A DNA stretch of 64,000 bases from Hydrolagus colliei (GCA_035084275.1 CM068759.1:1736001-1800000), one strand, 5' to 3'. Shown: positions 1-17,500, counted from the stretch's first letter. The notes: generated by a model from the letters alone, not told the origin. Numbers and translations are program-made.

Positions 1-2868
1 GTTTTGTGATGGACAAATACAGATTGCAATCATGGATGAAGCCATCTTTCAAGGGTAACGACATTTTTAGGTTATGTCAATGAATAATGTTCACTTTTGA
101 GAAAATATGTATATGCAACAGGTAAGGATTAAGCTATAAGGAAGTACTAGATATGCCAGCTCTCTTCAGTCTCAAGACAGCTCAGATGGAGCCTACTATG
201 CACACGTGTAATATTGAATGGGATGAAGACTAAATGTAACTCCAGCAGAACGCTTTCAGCTGTACCAAGAAAGCAATAGCTTTGGGCTTTTTTTCATTGG
301 CTCCTTTCACGCAACAAATCGATCATCACTGTTGTATAATGCCTTGTCACATTATATAACTAACTTTGTAGGTGTGCACAATGATATAGGAAGGAGGGTG
401 ATCCAGCACACAATGCAACTGTTTCGTGGAGGGCAAGTTTGGAATGTCTATATCTGATGTTTCTTTGTGCAAACAGTAATGACAAGAAAAACATTTGAGA
501 CTTAAGGTGTTGGATTCATTTAATAAATGGATAGATGCTTTACTGGGAAAACGCATATATTCTAGAAGGATGAGATCAAATGGACCAATGACCCTTCTTC
601 ATCCCATCCTGTCTTGTAATATGGTCATGATTGACTGGAAAGATTTCACAAAAGTCTTTATGTAAACCTAAATTTTTTTAAAAAAATTAAGTAAACTTAA
701 AAATAAGTTTTAATCTAGGTATAGTTAGGTCAGAATGAACAAACATGCTGAATGGATTTACTTCCTTAGCTGACAAATTGTAGGATGGTCAACTTGACAA
801 TATCCAACTGACCTACAATTTCATTTCCCAGGATGATGAAGAGTCATGTCAAGGAACCGTTTTCACTGAGAGTAAAGAGGTTCTCAATTATATATTGAAA
901 TATGCAAGAATATGTACTTTGTTGTAGAGAACCTTTTATGTTAGTCCATTCCATTTTAAGATAGTTATGTGGAAGCATCCTTCATTGGGCTTTGGCAGTC
1001 TTATCATTTGGTTTTGGGTGAAACTCATAATTTTTTATGATCCTTTTTACCCAATGTATCCATGGTTTGCAGAAGGTAATTTTATTTGAAGAAGAATAAT
1101 AAGTGCTGTAATTTAATGAGAAGCTACAATATTAATATGATGCATGACTACTAAAGTAACATTCCAAGAAAACATATCTAGACCATACTTTTTCCATACT
1201 TTTCAGCACCTCGGACGTCCTCCTGACAGGAAAGGCACTATACAAGTGTAATTTTGTTGTTGTTGTAATGCTTCAGTTCACCAACTATTCTGAATACTGC
1301 TTTTTTTTAGAAAAAAAAGTGTTCAATGACATTTTGTAATCAAGGCCTGAGACTAATTAACAGAGCTTCAGGACAGAAATAAACCAGCATTTTCCCTGGT
1401 CACCTAAACATGGCAATTGAAAACACTGATCCCTTAATGTTGTGTGATGTCTTGTCAGATTAGACAGCTGTAAACTTTACTTATTAAATCCATGAGGAAG
1501 CTATACGACACACTCTAACCAGATCAGGAAACTGTTTCTTGTTGTTGCAGAATGATGAAATTGATTTATTTCAGCATTATTTTGCAAAGGCGCCTTATGA
1601 AAAAATGTCAAAACTTTCAAAACTTTGTTCAGTAACAAGTGAAGTATTGTCGCAGTTTACTCCCATTTATTTTTTTTAAGTTTCTGTTCTGGACAAATTA
1701 ACTTATTTCCCCCATCTTTATTACTCAACAACAACAAAATTACACTTGTATAGCGCCTTTCACGTCATGAGGACATCCCAAGGCAGTTGGACATTTTAGC
1801 ACTCTAGACATTTTAGAAAATATTTTGTTTCTCTTAACTTTTTAATCAAGAGCAGTGAATTTCAAGAACTTTATTTGCAACAAAGTTATAAAGCTAAATA
1901 TTTTGTGGAGATGGGTGACTCAACTTAATGAGCAGAAAATAGTTTTGCCCGGTCATGTTTATGAATGTAAAGATGACCTTGTTGAGAACAGTAAAGATAT
2001 CTTTTTAGGAATGTTGGTTTTCTGCAGTTCTGTCCAGTAAACACATGGTTAACTGTCACTGGTGATAAATGGGCTGAAGACATGTACAGATAAATTTGAA
2101 AGCTCGCTACTTTGAGATTCATAATTTTGTAAATCTTTCTCATTAGTGCAATCAAAATATTCCTGCCTGAAAGTCAATGAATGAAAAAAACACGCATCAC
2201 ATATAGGACTATTAACCATATGTCACTTATTAGTCCATACAACTATAAACAATAAATCCAGCATTTCTTACTCCTAAGATGATGTTAATGGCAGGGAAGC
2301 AGGAGAGGTGCCAGGATTCAGTTCCTTAAATATTAACTGTTTCTAAATGTACCAAAACCGACCCACAACAGAATTACATTTGTAGAGCGCCTTTCACGTT
2401 GGGAAGACATCCCAAGGCGCTGAAGCACATCATAGAAAGTGTTAAATTGTGTGATAAATTCAAGTGATACCTAACCGATATTATGTTAGTTTCCAATGAG
2501 CAGGCAGGGTAGAATGCTTAGGCGGAAGTTTAGAATATGTCTCAAAAGTCAGAATGATTTTCAAAAATTCTCAAACGCTTGTGTGTCATTCATAACATCC
2601 ACAAGGGGGCATATTGTCACAGAAGCTGAAGAGTGCATTGTTATCTATTTTATCTGCAAGGTTACAAAAATGTGCATTCCCTTACACAGTACAGAACTGT
2701 AGATTTGGTGGTGTGAAATGGGAAATACATAGGTAACGTGTGTAATTTGATTACATGGTCATGAGCCTCCCTCCTTAAGGTCTTGTGACAACGTAAATTG
2801 TGCCATATTTGATGGAAAGCAGAAGTCGTCTTAACTTCCATCGATTTCTTTATTTTAGTTAGTGCAAA

Positions 2869-6777
<3,909 letters not shown>

Positions 6778-9700
6778 GCGCCATTTACTCTCTTGTAATT
6801 TTAAAAATTATATTTAAGTCATTTCAGCACTGGGATAGTTTATGCTATAGATCGGGGAAGAACTTTCACAAGACCTCTGCCATGGCGAGGGGGCAGCCAC
6901 AGACATCATGGAAAACGTCACACTTTATTTTGCCTTTTTTTTTTGTCATTACTCATTCCTTCATAACAAAGTACTGTAGCATGCAGTATGCAAAATGTTT
7001 AGAGAATTCTTGTATTTTAGTGACCTATTGTAAGGTGCTGATGTTGCAACATTATTCTATTTTACTATACATCCAGCACAGGTAAGTTTTAAGCTTTCTG
7101 CACATAAGCAACCAATGGGTTCAGAATCAATTGGAAAGTCACAGGACACCCATATTATCGTCTGCCTACTGAGCATCTATTGATTCTGCTGCCAATTATG
7201 TCAGTTTTTAAAAAATAAAAATTAGTGATTGATGGTTGCTTGGAGAGGGACAATCTCTGCAAAATGTATGTTCTTAGTGCTCAAGATTCATGGAATCCTG
7301 TTGTGTGCTATCTGTCTAGCGACAAACAAAGTTGCTTATGCCGTTAAATGTGGAATAAATGTTGTCATTGTCTGAATCGAAGCAATGGTATGTCGTAAAA
7401 TTATGCTTACGGTCATGAATTTGACAGTGCTCTTGTGTTCAGTTTGCATAAGTATAGGTTTCACTGGATTTCCTTCAGGCTTTAAGAAGTTTCATCTTGA
7501 GATTTGTTTTATTGGTGGTTTAAGACGAGAGCATGCTAACTAAAATGGCATTAACATTTTTTACAAAAACAATAGTTCATTTGCGTTTGAAAGTTACTAG
7601 ATGTATCTACAAAGAGACTCAAACCCCTGCACAAGTGGGAGCGTGCGATCATCGATTTTAAAACTGTAGACAAAAGTTTGGGGTTTTGAGAGCAGTGGTC
7701 TTGGGTTTACGTGGAGAATCAATGCATGCATAGCCACTGGCATGTGCAAGTGTATTGGAAACTGTTGTCCTGAGCATTGGTTAACTTGTGATTCAGATTC
7801 GCAAGATCCTCTGACACCCCCAATTGGCCTGTCTAATAAATTTAATAATGCTATTTACACAAGCTTTCGTGATCACTGAATTATCAGGCGACTTATAACT
7901 AGTTAAAAGTATATAACCGGCTTTCTTTCCGGGTTGAGGCACTGCCTAAAGGCAGTCAATTGTCAGAAATCATAAAATATCGGGAGTTCGTTGTTGACGC
8001 AGTACTTTTTACGCTGTATGAACATGAGAATAAAACAAGGTTATCTAAACTGCATAGGATATATTAAGCAAGAACCACGTGCTAAAAATTGTTCACAACC
8101 AGGTACATGTCCAAGTAACAACAGCAAAAATAAATTACACTTGTATAGTTAATAATAAATAATAAAACCTTACTGTAAGTGAACAGTGGTCAATCCTCCA
8201 TCAGGAATAGTAAAGAATGGGAATTGTATTTTTCTTGTGCAGTGCAGTACTTATACTTATGTTTTTTCTTGTGTAAGGTAATATTTTGCCTGACTAGATC
8301 CTCAGATCCGGTGCTAGTACATTGTGTTTGTTATTTTGAGGCTGCGCTTTGTTCAGTAACTTTCCCCAAATTATGAATTTATTCAGTGCAATACGGAGTA
8401 TCATTGTAAATGTACATTTCGGACAGCGAGTGGAGTGTTTTTTAAAAGTAGACTTTCTGCAACAACAGTTGCAAAGTCAAATGCAGTAGTTCTAATGGTG
8501 CTAAATTGTGTATTTAGGTAAGAATAGCCGGCGAGGGATGAAGGTTCACAAGATCAGAACAAATAAGCGTGTATTTCCTCAAACAACATAAATTGCTCAG
8601 CTTATGGTCTTTCCCCAAGTAAGACATAAACCGATCCATAACATCTATCCCTCCACATAAGCAACAATGACATTCAGGTGCCTTTATAGAAAATGTACCC
8701 TGCATTCTAGACCCAACTAAGTAAAGCAGCCTACTCATCTCACTGTTAGAGCAAACCTATTGAGGATGGTATATCTTGTAAAGCTTCTGTGAATTTTGAG
8801 CCTCATACATATTGTGCAAGATCTGTTTCTGTCTAGTTTGCTTCTTACCTGTGCATAGGATACAACCTTAATCTCTTCAGACGATATTGTTCTAATGATT
8901 TGTACGTCTCTTGTCAACAAGGCACACAAACCAAGCAGGCTGACATTGTAGATTACTGAAGCAGATCTGCACGCAGTTCATTATTAAAACATATTTTTAT
9001 TTTGAACAATAAACATTTTGCTTTGTTCAGAAACTTTAGGGAATTTGTCAGTGCACTTTCAATTGAAAACATCCCACTATATGCAATTTTTTAACCCAAT
9101 TTGCTACAATTAACAAAATAGAAAATGTCCTCAAAGGTTTCTTAAATGGTTTGCATCATTCGTGAATAAAATACTGGTTTTAACTACGATAAATATTGAT
9201 TGCAACACAGCGTTTTAAAGATTATTGAAATATATTGCATGATCACTATACTAGTTAAGAAACAGTAACTGGCAACATTGAGAATAAATGCTTTGAGCAC
9301 TTAAAATCCATCCAAACAATCAACTTTCTTATTGCATGACAAAGTCAATCAGTAGCATCCTTTGCTCATTTAATCGTTGCAATTTACAAATGGATAATGT
9401 TGTCTAAAAGATGCTGATGTGGAATCAGGGTTTGTGTTTTCAGGCCAGACATAAACTGGAAAATGTTCATCCCATGTGCACCTTACTCAGCTTTAAATCG
9501 TTCATATTTTATTTAAGTTAACAATTAAAGCATTTTCCCACAGGCATTGGCTTTCATTTTTAAAACATGCATTTCCCATATCAGTTGGCATGGTGGGCAT
9601 GCAAACCTGTGACCTCTTGACATTACAATGTCCACTTATCGAGCTGCAAGATGGCCTCTTATATTTTTCTCTCTTTTGTGCCCTGAAACTATAATGCTGT

Positions 9701-11477
9701 AACAACTTGTGTAGCACTCGCTAAATAAATCTTGGTTATGCACCTAGACTGCCCTACATGTCGTTTTCTAATTCTGGCATTACAATTAAATTGAAAGTAG
9801 TGATATTGAAATTGAGTGAGTGAAATTCAATATTTTGTCTTTTAACTACGTAGTTACATTTGACAGGATATTTCCCTAAAATGAATTAATATTTTCCACC
9901 CTGCTTTATTAGGTGACACATAGTAATGAATTAGGTTTCAGATTACCCTGTTTTCAGATTACTCTGTCACAAGTAAAATGCTGATCATGTACAAATGCAA
10001 TCAGTGCGTTTTAAAGAATTTGACTGCTTCCCACCATAATCAGTAAGACAACGGTGTCCTTCTAATTTACTCTTTAGTAAGGTGTGCACGCAGAATTCGT
10101 TGATTTTTTTGGAAAAATAGGATATCGGAAATGATCTCTAGTTTTATATATGGCTATTTTGTTGTCTTGCGTAGATGTTGAGTATCTTTAGCATTACATG
10201 GTAAGGTTAAGTAGAAAAACAAGTTGGTTTTACCAATTGTGATATCACGGATCTAAATTATGGAGTACAGTATTTGTTTTCCACATTAGTCTTGAGGGTA
10301 AATTGTGTACAGCATCTTTTAGTCTAGTGAAAGCCTGTCTGTCCCAATCAAAGATTGCATTATCTATCGCCAGTATCTGGATAAAGGACAAATGTTCGAT
10401 GGGGTTTTGTATTGTTTCTGTTGTTTCGTCTCATGATTATCAGGTGTATTCACAGTGGCTAAAGGTGTATAATTTAATAATTGCTGAGGAAAACCACTAA
10501 ATCTCCCAAGAAAGTTCACACATTCAATTGTCTATTTAAAACTGGTTGAGAAAGCTTTTCACTGTTCAAGCTTGGCTATAGTGTCAGTGTAAACGTTTTT
10601 GAGCCTAAAGCCATCTTATTCAATGCACATGACCCAAATAGGTAGTGTCCACTGGTGATATCAGCAGGACAGTTGTGACTGAATTACACATCAATCATTT
10701 TTAGTACTGTTGCTGAACAGTGGCAGTGACTATTTGATCATAAGCTCGGGCTAGAGCAACGTAATGATTAAGAATAATATTGGTAATGTAGTAACTGATC
10801 AAGTTTCAATGAAGCACGTACCTCTATGCTCTGCTAAAGCACATTGGAAGATGGTAACCGATTGTTGCTTATTTTGTCGTTTCTTTCTTGTCCTACTTCC
10901 CCTCAATGAATTTATTAGGTACTAACCCTTTATATTAAATTGTATAACACAAGTGAAATATTGTCACGTGGCTGTATTTCAGTATTCCAGGTCAAGAGTA
11001 TGGTACCTTAAGTTTTTTTTAGTTTGTAATGTGAAGCAGTGCTGCGACTGTGCCAGTACAGAAACATGTGAAAGTATTTTATCATTCATGTGTTTGTGCC
11101 AGCCATCGAATGAGCTTTAATGCTACTGTTTGTTTATAAGCAATTTTAAGAAAAATAACTGGACCGTAACATATTTACTGAATACGTGCTGTACTCACAT
11201 GGTAAAGGCAAAATTATCCCAGATGTTGTTGGATGTGGTTGCAGAGGAAATAAAAAAATGTCATTTATTTGTCAAGCCAGAATGCATTGTGTGATCTGTA
11301 CTTGAAAATGGATTCTTTAAAATTAAAAATATTAGTGGTGTAAAAATAGCATACAAAGCATTGTTATCCAGCATTTTTGGTATATTCTTAAAAGGACCAT
11401 GATTTAAATTATATGTAAGTAGATGTCATTTGAAATGTTAACTACAGGACTCCATGCCCATGAACTCCTGTATATAC

Positions 11478-11610
11478 AATAAAAAGTACTGTTTGTTTTA
11501 GCATGGTTATGTGCTGTATGTCTGAAAAAATATTGGTAACTTATTTGATTTGCAGTTGTAAAATAAATGTGTTTCTGATGCTTAAAATCAAAGTTTTTGT
11601 GTCTTAGCTT
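11478..11610 (+). terminator. Probable distal DNAJC5 polyadenylation region
   Basis: AATAAA at 11478 and 11562 followed by a GT/T-rich tract (GTTTTTGTGTCTT). Implies a ~4.8 kb 3' UTR (inference). Confidence 0.45.
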
Positions 11611-12152
11611 TATTTTCCAAATCGTGTGTTTTACCCAAAGTACTACCTTTCAATTTTTTTTTTTTAATCACTGATAAAAGTTATTACAAGTTTGAGTAAA
11701 ATGCAAAAGTCATGTTATGTGTGATGGAGTAGATACAGGTTCTTATTACTTGCACAATATATGCTGTTTATCGTTTGAAGTTCTTGAGCCACAGTACATA
11801 GTGTATATGGAATGATACATCACTGAGACAGAGCCTACAGCACATAAATGAGCCATTCATCCATACTTAGTATTTATACTCTATACAAGCTCCTCTATTC
11901 TTTTCTCTCTCAGGTATGCATGGTTTCCTCCTCAAATACATTGATGCTGGTTACTTTTAACCACATTAAAAGTATTCTGTTGTGTTGCTGTAATGGATAT
12001 TTTAGAATTCTTTAAGAGAAATGGCTAGCTCATCAACAATCCATTTACTTTGAAAGGATATTTTTTACTTGAATTCCTTTATTAGTTTGGTGGAGGTTGT
12101 TTAAAGCTGTATTATACAATACATTGCCAGGATATTACAAAGGGTTTTACAG

Positions 12153-12390
12153 TACAACAATAATATTACACTTGTATAGCGCCTTTCATGTCAGGAGGAC
12201 GTCCCAAGGCGCTGGACAGTCACAGTTTACAGTAGCACTCGAGTTTGAATTAGGTTAACGCTGCTGTGCGCAATTGACTGCCACGGTTCGCCCACACAAT
12301 ATACAGTCAATTCACTTTATAGTATATTCTTTGAAGTGCTTTGTGACGTCTAGAAGATGTGAAAGCTTTATATCTAATGCAAGGATTATT
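12153..12390. mobile_element. L2-type 3' tail (-) next to a SINE 3' half (+)
   Basis: TATAGCGCCTTTCATGTCAGGAGGACGTCCCAAGGCGC followed by GCTGCTGTGCGCAATTGACTGCC...ATGCAAGGATTATTA. Confidence 0.75.
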
Positions 12391-13230
12391 ACTAAAACCT
12401 TTCCTATTCCACATCTGTTAAACAGTACTGTTGCGTTCTGCTTGTTGCTGTCTAAACTCCGTTGGTTCAGCTGTCTGAAGTCTTTGAGGGCAAGAATTAT
12501 TTTCGTGACATCATACACTATCTCCAGTTGAAGAGATCAAATGATTAACTTTTAGCGTCAACAATTGAGCCGACAGTCAAATTTGTTGATGAAATCTACC
12601 GCACAAATGTCAAATTGATTCTAGCTCGTGGCTATGCTAGAGAAATTGTTTTGTTCATTTTACATTAAGCTTTTTATACTGGTTCAAACATTATATGGCA
12701 TATTCCAGATGCTAATGTAAACTTAGTGCTAAAGTACCTGACAATACAGGGAGGTGATTAAAGTAACAATGTTAAAAAAATCTTTCAGCTTCCTATGGTT
12801 AAATACCACTCCTATTTTGTACTTGTTTTCAAATAATTTCTTGTCAGCAGAGATACTGCTTTCACCTTCCTTTTCATTTGGAACTGTGTGATTTGAAAAG
12901 TTTCATCAGCCAAATTATCAAAGCAAATGGCCTGTTGCAACTAACAGCAGCTGAAAGCTGTTACTTTGTGCAATGGAAATATCAAGAGACATGAGTCATC
13001 CACACTTTAGTTCATGCCAGAGAAGAGAGGAATATTTAAAGAGGCTTGGGACAAGGCTGCCTTCAGCCAGAAAGTGTTGCACTGGTGTGGGGGGGGAGGT
13101 GAAGAGAAGGATCTAAAGTCTGTTTAATCAACACAAGCAAAGGAGCTGATGCCTGAAACATCATTGAACACAGAAACGTATTATATTATCATGGAGAGCC
13201 ATATACTGTATTGTAGTAACTCCATATTAT

Positions 13231-13552
13231 AATAATAATACATGCATTTTGATATAGCGCTTTTCACATCTTATTGACGTCTCAAAGCGCATCACAGATT
13301 ATACTGCAAACTAAATTGTATATTTGTGGGCGAAACGCGGCAGCCAATTACGCACGGCAGCGTCCCCCACAAACAGTCGTGGAGTGAAATGGCCAATTTT
13401 ATTATTGTTTTTTTTGGGGGACGGATTATTATTAGGCATGTTTGTGGACTAAGGAAACTTGCCCAAGGTTTCGCCCTGAATCTGCCTGGATTCGAACACA
13501 GGTCTCATACCTGTAAGGCGAGTGCTCAACCACTGAGCTACAGGAGTTCCAT
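13231..13552 (-). mobile_element. Full-length tRNA-derived SINE
   Basis: Reverse complement of the copy at 16755-17092: A box TAGCTCAGTGG, B box GTTCGAATCC, core TGCCGTGCGTAATTGGCTGCCGCG, (ATT)n tail. Confidence 0.9.
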
Positions 13553-14147
13553 ATTGTAGATAGAATAGAAGGAATTGCTATTTCAGCTGCATGATCTGGT
13601 AAATAATGAGCTCACTGGAACTGATGAGTAAAGGACAAACTGCCATTTTGGTCATGACTGATTCCATCCACAATGTTTGTGTGGTTTGACGTCTCATGTT
13701 GACTGGGTTAAAAGAATAGCAACTTGCAAGCTCGAAAATCCCAGCTGTCAATACTCCCTTAAATCTTTCTTTAGACTTGAGTGTTTGAGGGCCTGGAAGA
13801 AAGCCATGTATTTCCACACTTGTTGATAATCAAGAACATGGTCTCATTCCTCACAGTTAAAAAAAAAAAATCCAGGTTTAATAGGTTTTGAAACCCAAAC
13901 AAATGTCAGCCTAAAATACCTCAGAAGCAGGCAAACCCAAACCTAGAGCGAATTCTAATATTACGGACACAAACAAACGTTTGGAACCCTAGCGGGAGAA
14001 AAAGCTAGATGTTAGGATAAAAATTGCGTTTGGGGGCATGGTTACAAACGCGCCTGTAATTCGAGGAGTTGACTTTACTATTCCCTTGCGATATGAATGG
14101 AAGCAACATGAGATGAGTAATGGTACTTGAAAAAAATTCCTGATGTT

Positions 14148-14208
14148 CCTTATACGGACAAGAGAATGTCGTGTTTCGCAACATCTGATGCCCATGGCTT
14201 AAATTTAA
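14148..14208 (+). promoter_or_regulatory. Striated-muscle promoter motif cluster (CArG-like, E-box, MEF2)
   Basis: CCTTATACGG at 14148-14157, CATCTG at 14182-14187, TTAAATTTAA at 14199-14208; ~185-245 bp upstream of the MuRF ATG. Confidence 0.55.
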
Positions 14209-14392
14209 ACACAATGACAGATTGGTCCGTAGACAGGGGCCACAGTCTTGCCTTTGCGGACCTCGAAACGAAACCCTCCTTTTTGTGTATACGCGAGAAC
14301 GTTTGAGGAAACGGCAGGGGGGGGGGGTAAAAAAGATACCGTACGCTGACTTGTCCGATTCCCGGCTTTCCCCCGCGAAATTGTATTCTGTC

Positions 14393-14560
14393 ATGTCTAT
14401 CCCGATGGAATACAGTTCCATTTACAGAGATTCTCAAACCATGGACGATCTGGAGAAACAGCTGATTTGCCCAATTTGCTTGGAAATGTTTACCAAGCCT
14501 GTTGTGATCCTGCCCTGCCAGCATAACCTGTGTCGAAAATGTGCCAACGATATCTTTCAG
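14393..14560 (+). CDS. TRIM101: MuRF exon 1 (N-terminal half of RING)
   Basis: [56 protein letters not shown] |GTAAGA. Confidence 0.92.
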
Positions 14561-17500
14561 GTAAGAGACCACACACCCTTTGTGAGACTTAATTAAACGA
14601 GACTTGATTTCAAATGTGCCAACACCACAAACGGATGATTTGTTCCATATGAAGTACAGCCGTGTGGAGTCCCTGTAGCTCAGGGGTTAGAGCGTTTGCC
14701 TTACAAGTGTGAAACCTGTGTTCGAATCCAGGCAGGTCAGGGCGAAACCGTGGGCAAGTTTCCTTACTCCACAAACACACACACACACACACGCGCACCT
14801 AATAATAATCTCCCAAAAAAACACAATAATAAAATTGGTCATTTCAATCCATGACTGTTTGTGGGGGACGCTGTTGTGCGCAACTGGCTGCCGCGTTTCG
14901 CCCACAAATATACGGTCAATTCACGTTACAGTAAATTCTGTGAAGCGCTTTGAGACGTCTAGAAGATGTGAAAAGATCGATATTAAAATTCAAGGATTAT
15001 TATTGTTATATCAATAGTAACATCGATCTGGAAAATCACCAGCGGCACGTTTCATACTCACAACAACAACTTGCGCTTATGTAACGCCCCCTGGGCGGAT
15101 CCTGACTCCAAGCCAGGTGAGGGTGGTGAGAGGAGGAGGTGACCGTAAACACGGTAGGAAAGGGGAGAGAGAGAGAGAAAGGTGGGGCAGAGTGGAGGGA
15201 TTGAGGGAGATTTGTATGAAATAATATTCTATTCCTCCATCGAGGAAACGTTTCTAAAGTAACTTGGATTTTCATACATCCTTCATGTCATTGATATGTC
15301 TCAAAGCACTTCACGTTAAGTGTGAACCATACTGTAAAGTGGATCGGTCACGTATTTTAAGTGAGTCCTACGATGTCGCATCCTTTGTACTGTACTCCTT
15401 TGATCCCCATTCGCTTTCTGGTCTTTTAATACTGCTCTATTTGTGGATGTTGCAAGGCCGCCTAACTCCCGATGGGTGTAACCTATTCCGAGGCTAATCT
15501 GTTCCCCTTCCATCGCTAGTCTCGCGGCACTGCCTTGGGCTCGGGGGGACGTTTCCGATGTCCATCCTGTCGGCAAGAAGTTGTCCTGGACAGACACGGA
15601 GTTTATGGACTGCAAAGAAACCTATTGGTGGAAAATATTATTGACATTTACAAACAAGAGTCTTCGAGGTATGAGTCAAATTTGTTCTGTTTCAGGAAAC
15701 AACACACACACACACACACACACACCCACACACACAAACACACACACACACACAAACAAGACCTTCCTGAATGATAATGTAGTTGGAGGATTTGATTGAC
15801 AGATGCATTAAAATGAATTGTATATACAGAGTATCGTGTAACAGTACAAACTGATGTCACGCAAACTGAAACGATCCAGGACTTTTGCTTACCATTTCAT
15901 ATTGGAGAATACCAAATATTCTTAATGCGTCTTCACAGTACCAACAGGAAACAGGTGAATATCGATGACTATTTGCCCCAGGAAGTAACCATAGCGATGC
16001 TAAAAAGAAACGAAGGGTTGCAAATAATAATTCAGCCTGTCAACAAGTCAAACTCATTGGTGTGTGAGATAAATACGCGCTCGTTCTTAGAAGATGACGA
16101 CATTTGTTTAGATTAGAAGGATCCAGTGACTCTGATTCGTGTTGCGTTCATTGGTTGCTATTTGCAGCAAATGTCTAATGGCGTTTAATTAATCTAGGCC
16201 CAATGCAAAAGCGGAACAGCCTGTGTGCGAAGAGCACGACGAGGAGAGAATCAATATTTACTGCGTGTCGTGTGAGGTTCCGACCTGCTCCCTGTGCAAG
16301 GTATTTGGTGCACACAAGGACTGCGAAGTGGCCCCCCTGATCACGGTGTACAAACAGCAGAAGGTTTATTTTATTTTATTTTATTTGAAAACTCGGTCGT
16401 TTCGAAAAGGGGGTGGGGTGGGTGGGTGGGTGGGTGGGTGGGTAGGTGGGTGGGTGGGTGGGTGGGTGGGTGGGTGGGTGGGTGGGTGGGTGGGTGGGTG
16501 GGGGGAAAGGAAACCAACCCTCGGTGATCTTGTCGTTGTTTTCACAGAGTGAACTTAGTGATGAGGTTGGCGCCCTTGTAGCAGCGAACGCCAAACTGCA
16601 AGGTTGTATTAATCAGCTGGAAGAGACCACCAGAAATGTTGAGGTAACTTATGGATTTATGTCGCCACACCTCCTGCTAGACCATGCATCTCCCCGGCTA
16701 TGTCACTGACCAATGTTGAGAGTGAAATACAGTAATAATAATCCTTGCATGGGATGTGGAGCTCCTGTGGCTCAGTGGTTAGAGCACTTGCCTTGCAAGC
16801 TGGGGAGACCTGTGTTCGAATCCAGGCAGGTCAGGGCGAAACCTTGGGCAAGTTTCCTTACTCCACACACGCACACACGCGCCTAATAATAAGTCTAAAA
16901 AAAAACACAATAATAAAATTGGTCATTTCAATCCATGACTGTTTGTGTGTGGGACGCTGCTGTGCGCAATTGGCTGCCGCGATTCACCCACAAATATACA
17001 GTCAATTCACTTTACAGTATATTCTGAGAAGCGCTTTGGGACGTCGATAAGATGTGAAAAGCGCTATATCAAATGCAAGGATTATTATTATTATATAGCG
17101 CTTTTCACAGCTTCTAGACGTCTCAAAGCGCTTCACAGAATACACCAATGTAGTGAATTGACTGTATATATGTGGGCGAAACGCGGCAGCCGATTGCGCA
17201 CACATGTATATATAAATAAGAACTATAGACACCTGTACTATTCCAACAAGCTGCTCTAAGATTTCAACATTAATGGGTCAACAGTGGGTCAATATTAACA
17301 TGCTTCACTGGTTCATTTCTCGTCGGGCGGACGAGCCTTACAAGGTTTCCTGTGAAGTACTGTACAGTGAAGATGTATTTTGTAGCAGGGAGTGGCAGCT
17401 AATTTGTTTGCAGCAATGTCCCACAAACAACCATGAAGTCAATTGTATCCAGAGAATTTCATCAGGACGACAGGACCTGACGTGCCTCCGTCTTCCTTCA

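Noticed and set aside
14222-14392. N-terminal extension of the MuRF exon 1 ORF
   Set aside because: Starts at a non-ATG codon and covers probable promoter/5' UTR; the ATG at 14393 gives the usual MuRF N-terminal length
16364-16552. GGWV-repeat and PPTH-repeat peptides in the ORF track
   Set aside because: Translations of the intronic (GGGT)n microsatellite
16755-16830. tRNA-like sequence with A and B boxes (also at 14662, 13480-13552, 29115, 29700-29773)
   Set aside because: SINE heads: no acceptor stem or terminator, and each continues into the SINE body
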